Assembly: GCF_963921235.1 (NCBI RefSeq)
Contig: NC_086097.1
Coordinates: 186,870,001-186,934,000, forward strand
Origin: Mobula hypostoma
Taxonomy: Eukaryota
Length of the DNA stretch: 64,000 nt
Direction: 5' to 3'
Both the position numbers and the translations under genes were made by a program. Below, piece by piece: positions 24,620 through 37,399 of this stretch; positions within the stretch are counted from its first letter, which is position 1, and each line of letters begins with the position of its first letter. The notes under the pieces are model-generated. The model was not told where the DNA came from. It did not search any database and saw only the letters and a program-made list of their open reading frames with translations.

Positions 24620-26285
24620 TACTTCCTTGTGTAACTGGATCCTTGATTTTCTCACTTCAAGGCCCCAGTCAGTAAGGATTGCTGACAAACTCTCCCTACA
24701 ATCACCAGCAGCACAGGTGCAGAACAAAGCTGTCTGCTTAGCCCCTGCTATACTAGATTTATACCAATGATTACATGGCTAAATACAACTCTAATGCTAT
24801 ATTTTAGTTTGCTGATGAATCACAGTTGTTGGCCAAACCAAACAGTGGGAGGAATTGGCATATTAAGGTGGGAGACTGAAAATCTGGTTGAATCACACCA
24901 CAACAACATCTCACTCAACATCAGCAATACAAGGAAGTAATTATTGACTAAAGAGGAAAAAGCCAGAGGTCCACGAGCCAGTCCTCATTAAGGGAATAGA
25001 TGTGGAGAGGGTTATTATCTCAATTATCTTATCCAAGGATTTGGCCTGGGACCAGCATTTGAATGCCATCACAAAGAAGGCAGAAAATGACTTTGCTGAC
25101 TTAGAAGTTTCTATAGATTCAGCGTGTCCTCTAATGCTTTAACAAACTTCTATAAATGCACAGTATCCTGACTGGTCGCATCATGGCTTGGTATGGAAGC
25201 AACAATGCCCAAGGATGGAAAAGTCTACCGAAAGTGGTGGAAACACCCCAGACCAATACAAGCAAAGCTCTACCCAACACTGAGCACATCGACAAGGAGT
25301 GCTGTCACAAGAAAGCAGGGTCTTTTTATTTCAAAATATACTTTATTCAAAAATAAATATATACAATGAATCATTCAATAACTTTTCAACCTTTACATAC
25401 GTTTCCATTATACTCAGTACATATCCGTATTTATAGCCACCCACGTGGCACTCCAGTAGTTCAGCTTACCATATCATTGTTCAGAGGTATACTCCCCGCC
25501 CACCGACCCCTCCCACTCCCACGGGTGGAGAAACCTATAGTGTGGTCCTTCCCCACCGGGCCCTCGCGGTGGCTGCACCAAGTTTCAGTGCATCCCTCAG
25601 CACGTACTCCTGCAGCCGAGAATGTGCCAGTCGGCAGCATTCTCCCACGGACATCTCCATGTGCTGGTAGATCATCAAGTTTCGGGCCGACCAAACAGCG
25701 TCTTTCACCGAGTTGATGATCTGCCAGCAGCACCGGATGTTGGTCTCCGTGTGCGTCCCCGGGAACAGCCCGTAGATCAGAGAGTCCTCTGTTATGCAGC
25801 TGCTAGGGATAAAACGTGACACTAGCCCGTCCATCCTCCTCCACACCCTCTTTGCGAACTGGCAGTGTGCAAAGAGGTGGGTCACAGATCATCCGGACCA
25901 TGCTCTCTTCTCAACACTATCAGGCAAGTGGTACAGAAGCCTTAGGTTCTACACCACCACATTAAAGAACAGCTATTAACGTAAGCCACCGAGCTCCTGA
26001 ACCAGTGCGGATAACTTAACACACCTCAACACTGAACTATCTCCACACCTAGGGACTCACTTTCAAGGACTTTTCAACTCATGCTCTCAGTATTATTTAT
26101 TTTTTTTTAAATTATTTGCATGTTTTGTCGTCTTTTGCTCATTAGAAGTGTGTCTGTCTTTACGCATACTATTCAAAAATTCTATTGTATTTCTTAATTT
26201 TTTTGTAAATACCTGTAAGAAAATGAATTTAAAAAGTAGTACATGGTGACATATACCCACTTAGATAAAAGAAAAGTACTTTGAT
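24620..26285 (+). mobile_element. Rex1/Babar-like 3' portion interrupted by a Tx1
   Basis: SILTG.I.AWYG motif and the same tail as other copies in the window. Confidence 0.7.
25323..25885 (-). mobile_element. Tx1/L1-clade LINE 3' end
   Basis: Open C-terminus HLFAHCQFAKRVW...WSARNL...RARWG, followed by a 3'UTR with AATAAA and an A-rich tail. Confidence 0.75.
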
Positions 26286-26799
26286 CTGGGCCCTTCAGAG
26301 TGGAAAAGCATTCCTGAGCAAAATATGAAGCTATTCAGCTTGGGAAGTCCCAGAAAACTCAGGAAAGCATTGTGGTTGAGGAAACCACAACCAAGAGCTT
26401 GTGTGTCTATTTCCTCTTTTCTGCCCCTGAGAACTACGTACTTCCCAACTTCCCAGTGAAATGACGATGAAAATTTACATCATAATATTTTGCTATTCCT
26501 TGTTCAATGTAGAAAAGTGATGCTGTTTTTTTAATAACACAAAAGCAGAATCTTTTAAAAAAAATCAGGGTTCTGCCCATTACGCAATTTTTTATTGAAA
26601 CTTTTTCCTGAAATTCCAAATTCATTTGGTAAACTTGATTTGGATTTGTTTATTATTATTGTCATGTTCACTGAGATACAACAAAAAGTTTTTGTTTGCG
26701 TCCTAACTAGATATGGCTTGACATACACAAGTACAGTAAGGTAGTAAAAAAGTAAACAGAATGAGAAACAGCAGTGCAGATAACCAAATGAAGTACAAG

Positions 26800-27860
26800 A
26801 GCGTTTAGAAGAATGAGGGTTGGCAGGGAAATCTCATTGAAATCTATCGAATATTGCAAGGTGTGGATAGAGGGGATGTGGAGAGGATGTTTTCTAGAAT
26901 GGGGGAATCTAGACCAGAGGGCACAGGCTCATTACTGAGGGACATCCATCTAGAACAGAGATGAGGAAATAAATTCTTTAGCCACAGAGAGTGGTGTATC
27001 TATGGAATTCAAGTCACTGGGTATATTTAAGGCGGAGGTTAATAGGTTCTTGATTAATCAGGGCATCAAAGGTTATGGGGAGAAGGCATGAGGATAGGGT
27101 TAAGAGGGATAATAAATCAGTCATAACGCAATGGTGAAACAGACGTTGGCCAAATGGCCTAATTCTGCTCCTAGGTCTTATGATCATACGGACATAATGA
27201 GGTAGACTGGCAAGTCAAAAAAATGCAATGTTAGCATTCATTTCAAGAGAACTAGAATATAAGAGAAAGGATGTAACACTAAGGCTTTATAAGGCTTTTG
27301 TCAGACTGCACCTGGAGTATTGTAAGCAGTTTAGGGCTCCTTATGTAAGAAAAGATTTGCTGGCATTGGAGAAGGTCCAGAAGACATTCACAAGAATAAT
27401 TTTGGGAATGAAAGGGTGAGTAGATGAGGAGCATTTGATAGCTTATAGCCTGTACTTGTTGAAGTTTAGAACAATGAGGTGGGATCTTATTAAAACCTAT
27501 CGAGTATTAAAAGGCCTAGGTAGAGTGGATGTGCACAGCCTGCTTCCTATAGTGGGGCACTCTAAGACCACAGGGTTCAGCCTCAGAATATAGGGACATG
27601 CACTTAGAACAGAGATGAGGTGGAATTTCTTTAGGCAGAAGGTAGTGAATTGTAGAATTCATTGCCTTGGATGGCTGTGGAGGCCAAGTTACTGAGTATA
27701 TTTAACGTAAAGTTGGATATGTTCTAGATTAGTCAGAGCATCAAAGGTTATGGGGAGAAGGCAAGAGAATGGAGTTCAGAGAGATAATAAATCAGACAGG
27801 ATGGAATGATGGAGCAGGCTTGAAGGGCCAAATGGCCTAATTCTGCTCCAATAACTTATT
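26800..27860 (+). mobile_element. Two tandem CR1 3' fragments
   Basis: LYKAFVRLHLEYC. Duplicated 3' ends (aatggcctaattctgctcc) at ~27155 and ~27832. Confidence 0.8.
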
Positions 27861-27902
27861 GTTTTGGAGTTTCTGATTAGATTGGAGAAGGTGATAGCAC
27901 TA

Positions 27903-28004
27903 TTTTCACAACACGCTGGAGGAACTCAGCAGGTCGGGCAGCATCCATGGAAACGATCGGTCAACGATCGTTTGACCCAGTATCTGCAGAGTATTTTGTG
28001 TTTA
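27903..28004. mobile_element. ~100-bp miniature Penelope-derived insertion with inverted ends
   Basis: Carries both termini of the 2926-4783 element. TSD tgatagcacta / tgatagtacta (27892-27902, 28005-28015). Confidence 0.75.
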
Positions 28005-28254
28005 TGATAGTACTACATGCTGCCTGTAGTCAATGAAGAGCATGCATCTTCATTATCCAGAAGTTCTGAGTGAAGAACCAATAAAATGGCTTCTACTGTT
28101 GACCTGTTGTGATGGTAGGCAAATTGAAGTTGATCCAAGTCACTCCTCAGGCAGGAGTTGATATGCTTTATGACCAGCCTGTCAAAATATATCTTTACAG
28201 TGTTGCTGGATGATAGTCAGTGAGAGAGATTACCACATTCCTCTTGGACACCCA

Positions 28255-28610
28255 AATAGAAACATAGAACATAGGAAACTTACAGCACAGTACAGGCCCT
28301 TTGGTCCACAAAGCTGTGCCGAACATGTCCTTACCTTAGAAATTACTTTGGGTTACCCATAGCCCTCTATTTTTCTAAGCTCCATGTACCTATTCAGGGT
28401 CTCTTAAAAGACCCTATCATATCCACCTCCACCACCATTGCCGGCAGCCCATTCCACGCACTCAGCACTCTCTGCATTAAAAAAAAACTTACCCCTGATA
28501 TCTCCTCTGTACCTACTTCCAAGCACCGTAAAACTATGCTCTCACGTGCTAGCCATTTCAGCCCTGGGAAAAAATCTCTGACTATCCACACGGTCAATGC
28601 CTCTCCTCTC
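28255..28610 (-). mobile_element. CR1 3' end
   Basis: (atagaa[a]c)n tail and QRV..AWN.LP motif. Confidence 0.8.
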
Positions 28611-28634
28611 GAATGATTAAAGCCTGTTTGAAAC

Positions 28635-31510
28635 GCTTCTACTTTTATGGGGACTCCACCTTAATCTGTGGCAGAGATTCCACACTACTCTCTGGCTAAA
28701 AAAAAAATTCCTCCTTACTTCTGCTCTAAAGGGTCACCCCTCCCTCAATTTTGAGGCTGTCTCCTCTAGTTCTAGATACGTGCACCATAGAAAACTTTTT
28801 CTCCATATCCACTCTATCTAGTCCTTTCAACATTTGGTAGATTTCAATGAGAACCCCCCGTCTTCTTTAAAATTCCAGTGAGTACAGGTCCAAAGCTGCC
28901 AAATGCTCCTCATATGTTACCTCCTTCATTCCCAGAATCATCCTTGTGAACCGCATTTGGACTCTCTCCAATGATGATACATCCTTTCTGAGATATGGGG
29001 CCCAAACCTGCTGACAATACTCTGAGTGCAGCCTGACTAGAGCCTGACTAAAGCTCAGCATTATCTCCTTGGCTTTATATCCTATTCCCTTGAAATAGAT
29101 GTAAACATCGTATTTGCTTTCTTTACCACAGACTCAACTGTAAATTAACCTTCTGGGAGTTTTGCATGGAAACTCCTATGTCATTCTGCACCTCTGATGT
29201 TTGAACCTGCTCCCCATTTAGATAATAGTCTGCACTACTATTCCTATTACCAAAATGCATCATTGTACATTTCCCAACACTATATTCCATCTGCCACTTT
29301 TTTGCCCATTCTTTCAATTTCTCTACATTCTTCTGCAATCGCATTGCTTTCTCAGCACTACCTACCCCTCCACCTTTCTTCGTATCATCCACAAGCTTTG
29401 CTACAAAGCCATCAATTCCATTATCCAAACCATTGATAAACAATTTGAAAAGTAGCAGTCCTAATACTGACCCCTGAGGAACATCACTAATCACTGGCAG
29501 CCAGCCAGAAAGACCCCTTTGCTCCCACTCATTTTTTCCTGCTTGTCAGCCATTCCTGTATCCATGCCAGTATCTTTCCTGTCACACCATAGGATTTTAT
29601 CTTGTTAAGCAGCCTCGTGTTCCTTATCAAATGCTTTCTGAAAATCTAAGTAAATGACATCTACTACTTCTCCCTTGTCCAGCTTGCTCGTTACTTTCTT
29701 GAAGAACACTAACAGACTTGTCAGGCAAGATCTTCTTTCGCATGCTGACTTTGACTTATTTTATCATTAGTTTCCAAGTACCCCGAAACCTCATCCTTCA
29801 TTAGACTTCAACTCTTTCCCAACCACTGAGGTTAGGCTAGCTGGCCTATAATTTACTTTCTTTTGCCTTCCTCCCTTCTTAAAGAGCGGAGTGATACTTG
29901 CAATCTTCCAGTCCTCCAGGACCATGCCAGAATCAAGTGATTCTTGAAAGATCATGACCAATGCATCCGATATCTCTTCAGCAAACTCTCCCAGGACTCT
30001 GGGCTGTAGTCCATCTGGCCCAGTTAACTTATCCACCATAAGACCTTTGAGTTTGCCTTGCAATTTTTCCTTTGTAATAGCAATGGCACTCACTCCTGCT
30101 CCCTGACACCCATGGACCTCTGGCACACTGCTTGTGTGTTCCACAGTGAAGACTGATGCAAAGTACTCATTACGTTCCTCTGCCATTTCTTTGTCCAGCA
30201 TTACTACCTCACCATCATTATTTTCCAGTGGTCCAAAGTCAATTCTCATCTCCCTTTCACTCTCTATATAACTGAAAAAACCTTTGGTATCCTGTTTTAT
30301 ATTACTAGCCAGTTAGCCTTCATATTTCATCTTTTCCCTTCTATTAGCCTTTTAAGTTGCCTTTTGTTTTGATTTAAAAGCTTCCAAATCATCCAACTTC
30401 CCACTCACTTTTGTTACCTTATATGCCCTTTCCTTGGCTTTTATGCATTCCTTAACTTCCCTTGTCAGCCAGGATTGCTTAGCCCTGCCATTTGAGAAAT
30501 TCTTCTTCTGTGGGACATATCTATCCTGCACATTGTGAACTATTCCCAGAAGCTTCAGCCATCTCTTTCTGCCGTCATCCCCACCAGTATCCTCCTCCAA
30601 TCCATCTGGGCAAGCTCCTCTCTCATGCCTCAGTAATTTTTCTTTATTCCATTGTGATACTGATACATGTAACTTTTGCTTCTCCCTCTCATATTGTGGT
30701 ATGAATTCAATCATATTATGATCACTGTCTCCTAAGGTTTCATTTACAATAAGCTCCCTAATAAGATATGAGATATTGCACAACACCCAATCTAAGATAG
30801 CCTTTGCCTGAGTAGGCTCAAGCACAACCTGCTCTAAAAAGCCACCCTGTTGGCATTCAACAAATTCCCTCTCTTTGGTTCCAACACAAACCTGATTTTC
30901 CCAATGACCTTGCATATTGAAGTCCCCCATTATAATTGTATCATTATCCTTGTTACGCTCCTTTTCCAGCTCCTTTTACAAACTGAACTCCACATCTTGG
31001 TTTCTATTTGGAGGCCATATATGATTCCCATAATTTTTTTCTACCCTTTCAGTTTCTTTACTCCACCCATAAAGATTCAACATTCTCTGACCCTATGTCA
31101 CCTCGTTCTAAAGATGTAATTTTATCTCTTACCAACTGAGCCACACCACCGCCTGTCCTTTTGTTACAAAGTGTATCCTTTGATGTTCAGCTTCTAACTA
31201 TGGCCTTTTTTCAGCCACGCCTTGGTGATGCCCACAGTGTCATACCAACAAATCTGTAATTGCGGCATGAGCTTGTTCACCTTATTCCAATTGCTACACA
31301 CATTTAAATACAGCACCTTCAGTTCTGCATTCTTTGCCTTTTTGAATTTTGCCTCTGTGGTACAATTTAACTCTTTGCCCTGTCTGCATTTGTACCTATT
31401 TATTGGCTTGTCCTTCCTTACATTCATGTTCCATCCATTATCTACACGTAAACTGCTGTCTCATGCTCAACTGTATCATATTGGTTCCCATCCACCTGCG
31501 ATGTTAGTTT
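28635..31510 (-). mobile_element. Long degenerate CR1 ORF2 (APE + RT)
   Basis: GDFNM, SDHNMIEF, GPDG.QPRVL, PQGSVLG, KLVDDTK across ORFs 29123-31427. Confidence 0.88.
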
Positions 31511-31689
31511 AAACCACTAATTATTTAATTATTCGGGGCCGTAGGGGTTTGTGAAGGTGCCTCCATGTTCAGTCAATTAAAGCCAGCATAAAAGGCATTG
31601 AGCTCATCTAGGAATGAAGTCTTGGTTTTCACATATGTTGTTTAGTTTTGTTTTGTAGGAGGTAATGTGATTCAAGCTCTGTTATAAGT

Positions 31690-32960
31690 TTGATTCAGAA
31701 TTGTCACTTTACATGTGAGATAGCTTTCTGGAGTTCCTACCTGGATCACTGGTACTTTCCTGAGTTGCCAGCCCTGAACACCACCAATCTAGTTCTTGGC
31801 AGATTGGAGGTCTCTTCGTTCATCCAGGACTTCTGTTTGGAGAAGACTCTGAATGATTTTGTGGGTACACAGTCATCCATGATTGTCTTTATAACGTCAT
31901 AGAATCATAGAGTTGTACAACACAGAGACAGGCCTACAGCCCATCCACTCCATGACAAAACCATTTAAACTGCCTACTCGCAATGATTTGCAGTGGGAAT
32001 GTAGCCATCCATATCCCTACTATCCATGTACATATCCAAACTTCTCTTACACATTGTAATCAAGCTCAATGGAGCACTTGTGCTGGCAGCTCATTCCACA
32101 ATCTCATGACCCTCTGAGTGAAGGAGTTTCCCCTCATGTTCCCCATAAACTTTTCACCTTTCACCTTTCACACTTATCCCATGACCTCTGGCTGTAGTCC
32201 CGCCCAACATCAGTGGAAATAGCCTGCTTGCGTTTACCCTATCCATACCCCTCATAATTTTGTATACCTCTATCAAATCTCCTCTCAAACTTCTATATTC
32301 TAAAGAATACAGTCAATCTTTTGATTCTTTCCATATAACTCAGGTCCTCCAGACCTGGCAACATCCTTGTAAATTTTTTCTGCACTCTTTCAGCCTAGTT
32401 TACATCTTTTCTGAAGATAGTTGAGCAAAAACTGCATTCATTACTCCAAATTAGGCCTCACCAAAGTCTTATACAACTTCAACATAATATCCCATCTTCT
32501 GTACTCAGTACATTGATTTATGAAGGCCAATGTGCCGAAAGCTTTCTTTAGGACCCTATCTACCTGTGGCACCACTTTCAACAAATTACATACCTGTATT
32601 CCCTGGTCCCTTTGTTCTATTAAAGTCCTTAATAACTGTTGCATATTCTTTCAGATTCTCTGAGTTTTTGAACATAGCCCAGTCCATTTACTTGAAGCAA
32701 TCTTGTACCCACTTTTATGCCTTCCATGACCAGCTCCTTGCTGTCCTTATCTCTGGTGCTTTGCTTGATAGTCTCTCCCTATATGCAGGTAGGAGGAGGA
32801 CAGCCAGAAGTTCAGATTTCCTGAAATGCAGTCTAGGGTTGGAACAGTAAGTATTCTTGATGGTAGTGTAGCAGAGGTTGTTTGTATTTGGTCCTCTGGT
32901 GCTACAGGTGATGCGTGATGGTAGTTAGGCAGAAATTTCTTCAAGATAACTTAACTAAAG
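31690..32960 (-). mobile_element. Rex1/Babar-like fragment with a nested CR1 3' end (31900-32620)
   Basis: Manual translation CVPTKSFRVF..QKSWMN and LAVLLLPAYRERL. The CR1 gives LYKTLVRPNLE. Confidence 0.7.
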
Positions 32961-33259
32961 TACACAGGTAAGTTGTTTCCTGTTTGCTAATTATGGTTCT
33001 CAATACGTCGAGTTCTTACTTGACATCCACCTTTGGCAAATGTGGCAATAGAAGATAATTCTGGCATCAGCTGTTAAGTCCTCAGACTTTCAAGCTTTTA
33101 GCTATAAAAACATGTGATACTACATGTTGAAATCATGTTGCATTGGAAAATATCCATCTAACCCTTCTCTCTCCTGTCCAGGAGGGCAATGGAGCATTGG
33201 CTGTGAAAATATGTTATATTTGGCACTCCAGATAGCATTTAAATGCTGGGAAAGTTAAA

Positions 33260-34660
33260 GTGGAAGGGAAGAACACTGGGGACAGTTGTTTTGTATGGAA
33301 CATTTATGCATACTTCAAGGCATGCAACACAATGCTGGCCACAAAATCTACCGCCCTTCCAAGTGAGCAGCCACTATCTGTAACAGAGATAGATTTGAAA
33401 AGGATTCTGCAGAGAGTCAACCCTTGTAAGGTAAACCCTTGCGCCAGACAACATCGCACACCAAGCACTCTAGGGGTATTCAGGCCAGCTCACTGATGTC
33501 TTCATGGGCATCTTCAACACTACGCACATCCAGGCTGTTGATCCTGGATGGTCCAAATCAACCACCATCATTCCTATACCAAAGAACTCTACAAATTCAG
33601 AAATAAACAACTACTTCCCAGTGGCAATCATCCTGAAGTGCTTTGAATGGCTGGTAACAGCACACATCAAAAATTCTAATCCTGTCACATTGGACACTTA
33701 ACAATATGCTTACTGACAGAGCCATTCCACAACAGATGCCATAGCATTTGTCAAGCACTAGGCCCTGAGACACTTAGAAAACAAGGACAATAACGTTAGA
33801 ATGCTATTTCTGGGTTTCAGTTTTGCATTCAACACTATTGTCCCGTAGACCTTGGCGAACTCCTTGGCCCACTGTGCAACTGGGTGCTGGACTTCCTAAC
33901 CAATAGACCTCAGATAATCTGGATGCACAACTGCAAATCCCTCCCTATCATTCTCAGTATGGCACACTCTCATGGTACTGGAACACATCCAACACAATAA
34001 GGAAAGTTCACCAATTCCTCCTCAGAAAGTAGAGGAGGCTGAAGAGAGCTGGACTGTGCACATTTATCCTCATGTCCTTCTACAGATGCGCAGTAGAGAG
34101 CATACTGGCATGCTGCGTAATGCATGGTGCATAAACCGCACTGTGGCGGACAGGAAGACTACAATGGGTAGTCAAAACTGTAAAATGCATCAACAGCACC
34201 AGTTTACCCATCATTAAGAACATATATACAGAAAAGTGCCAGAACAGGGCCGATAACTTCATGAAGGATCCCACCCTGCTCATGCACTGTTTGTCCCACT
34301 CCCATCAGGGAGGAGGCTATGTCGCATCCACACCAGGATCTCTAGTCTCAACAGTTTCTTTCCCCATGTAGTAAGGCTGATCAACACCTCCCCCCACTAA
34401 CCCGATCCTTCACACCACCTCATCACCACTACTTTGTCATTTCCTGTCAGTGTCACCTTATGTACAGACACTCCAGTGCCTAGCATCACTTTATGAATAT
34501 GCAATCAATCCATGTGTACGAGCTATCTTATCTATTTATATTTATTGTGTTTTTTATTCTTATGTACTTACTGTGCTTTTGTGCTGCATTGGATCTAGAG
34601 TAATAATTATTTCGTTTGCTTTTACACTTGTGTACTGGAAATTACATTAAACAACCTTGA
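33260..34660 (+). mobile_element. Rex1/Babar-like LINE fragment
   Basis: IIPIPK...NNYFPV..KCFEWLV, VRMLF, and a tail ending cttgaat. Confidence 0.75.
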
Positions 34661-35949
34661 ATTTTGCATATTAAATAATCATGAAGTGGAGAATGATTGG
34701 AAGGCAGATACTAAATATGCACTTGCTTTCGGGCACAGCAAATAGTTACAAACTTGCAATGCTCAGAGGAGTAGTAGAGAGAGATACAGTTGTAAAATTC
34801 AAAAGACAGTCAAAAGTAATTGAAAAGGGACACTTTTCAGGAATGTATGCATATAGAAGTATGTGGTTGAAAAGGATTAATCTATTAGCCAGATGGTATC
34901 CTGACCTCCTTCTGTGCTCTAATCTTTGTGCGTGTGTAAATGTGGAAGTGATGACATGGTGTAATTTCAAAGGGAGATACTGGCTTTCTCTCTTTGCATG
35001 TGGGATGTGTGATCGAAAGTCAGGAGATCATGCCATAGTGCTTGTTTTAAGCGAACAACCTTAAAAGGGTTCAAGGATTTGGGGGTGATATCAGTCAGAG
35101 ATGTCTTCTAGTCAAGGACTATTAGAAGGAACTGGTCTTAACATGGGATGGGGTGGGGTGTTGTGCATAAGGATAAAGCAAAGTAATTTACCTCCCCTGC
35201 TGGTCCCTTGGATAGATGCCATGAAACCAAGACCATGGTCTCCCAGGAGACATAAGACTGCAGATAATGGAATCTGGAACAAGAAGAAACTGGAAGGACT
35301 CTATCCAGATGAAGGGTCTTGACCTGAAAGGACAAATGTACACTTTGCTTCACAGATACTATCTGGCCTAATGAGTTCCTCCTTCATATTATTTATTTGT
35401 CCTGGGAGCACATTGATTGCCAGACCACACCTCTCCAGGAAAACCTAATCCAGATTTCCCTGAAATGCTGCATGAAAGGTGGGGTATTCAACATGCCCCT
35501 GACATGGAAATCACATGTAGGTCATGAGAGTGATATATGACCTGGCTGAATTTTCCACATGATCTGAAATGAACTGGAATTGTCTGCATTTCTGTTTCAC
35601 TCATTGATAAAACAATTGCTAATGATAAACTGCCAAGGAGGAGTTACAGCTGGACTTTCTGGTATTTAAGGATGTAAATTAGGTGATATTAGATGGATAC
35701 AAATTGCTTCAAGATTTCCCCTTAATAAATCCATGGATTGTTCAACAAAATCTCTAGAACACTTGGGGCACAGTTTGAATTGAAACTTTGATTAGCATGA
35801 TGACCTGGAGGGGTCTCTTTAATTTCCTGATGATTTTCTACACATGCTCAGGAAATGGACCACCTGCAGAACTAGCATTTACAATCAATTCATCATGCTC
35901 CCTTGAAATTAATGGTTTGCTGAGTCTTATCAGAGGTTAGCCAGGAGGC

Positions 35950-36570
35950 CTGGAGTAAGTATAGTTATTGTATTGGACTAATGAACCAGAGACCTGAATT
36001 AAAAACCCAGTACTGAGATGATGAATTTGAATCTAGATTAATTATCTAGAATTTAAAACAAAACATCCAGATTAAGCAATAACCATAATACTACCGGACT
36101 ATTCACCAGCCACCTTCAGAAAGAGAAAATCTGCAGTCCTTCCTGGTTTAGCTTGTATATGACTCCACAACCCATTACAGTGTTCAGTGTATGGTAAGTG
36201 TTCAAGTTCATTGTCATGGGTAAACATACTCAAGGTATAACTACCATGAAAATTAGTTTCTTTACTGCAGCAGCAGAGCACAATATTAACATAAATTACG
36301 TAAGCTTAAATTAACATAAATTATATATTTGTCTAAGTAATATTGGTGTAAGTTGAGGGAAATATGCTCATGGGTAGAATTGGGTATTTTCCAATCAAGG
36401 GGAATTTGGGATGAGTGACAGTTGCTGGCCCACTCCCAGAAAATAAGGTCAGCCATGCTGCTGGGTTTGGTATCACATGTAGGCCAGATGAGGAAATGAT
36501 TTTGTTCCCTGAAGCACATTAGTGAAATAAGTAGATTTTTTACACCATTCTGCTCATTTTATGACTACAA
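35950..36570. repeat. Ancient SINE-like fragments, one + and one - copy
   Basis: ggactaatgaaccagag...gaaaatctgcagtcctt...gactccacaaccca, with a related inverted copy at 36445-36560. Resembles recalled chondrichthyan tRNA-derived SINEs. Confidence 0.4.
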
Positions 36571-37399
36571 TTAGTAATATTACCTATTTTTAAAAAAATA
36601 CTTTTAATATTAACCAGCATTTGTCTCTTGGTGAATAATTCATATATTTTGTGTGCTTTTCAGTTATGAAACTACAGTGCTATTTCCAGTCCTAATGAAG
36701 GGTCTTAAGCTGAATTGTCAATTGTTTACCCCGTTCCATAGATGTGCCATTCCTGCTAAGTTCCTCTAGCATTTTGTGTGTGTTACAGTGCTACTCTGTA
36801 TGCCTCACACTCACTGTAGTTTTCCAGTATCAAACACAACGGTCCAGTGCCTGGTTGCATAGCTTAGTTTACTTATGGTTTGCAATTATAAAACGATTTC
36901 AACTTCCTCACTCCGCTTTCTATCCAAGGGGCAGTTCGAACACTGACCTGGAAGGGAGCTGCCATGCTCATCTTTGTTCAGATAAACAGCATTTGGCAAC
37001 TTCAACCACACAGGGGCAGCACAGATCCATGTTTTGTACACAGCTGGTAGGGCTGATTAGTTACTATGCACATGCCTTGGTATTCAGACCAAAGTCAACA
37101 TCATCTAGTTATACTTTTGGTTTCACATTACTGTTTGGTGGAGTATTTCACAGAAGATTGGACAGCACAGTATGTGCAATAATACTTCCTTCAAAACTGC
37201 AATTTTTTTTAAAGTTAAGCAATTAAGTTGATCAAATGAAGCAACAAAGGGGAAATGATGTTCATTGGGTAAGAAGATTTGATGAACTGAAAGTATCACC
37301 ATGGAAACTGATTGATAGTAAAGGGTTAGGCATCCAACACATTGGCTCTTCACTCAACCCTAGAACATCTGAACAGCTAAGGTGCATACATCTGGATGC

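Noticed and set aside
31741..31895. Apparent minus-strand exon with a CAG|GTAGGA donor
   Set aside because: Translates to Rex1-like ORF2 (CVPTKSFRVF..QKSWMN).
36744..37226. 160-aa ORF in semi-unique DNA
   Set aside because: Begins in a Penelope repeat fragment, has no recognisable domain, and has no splice support.
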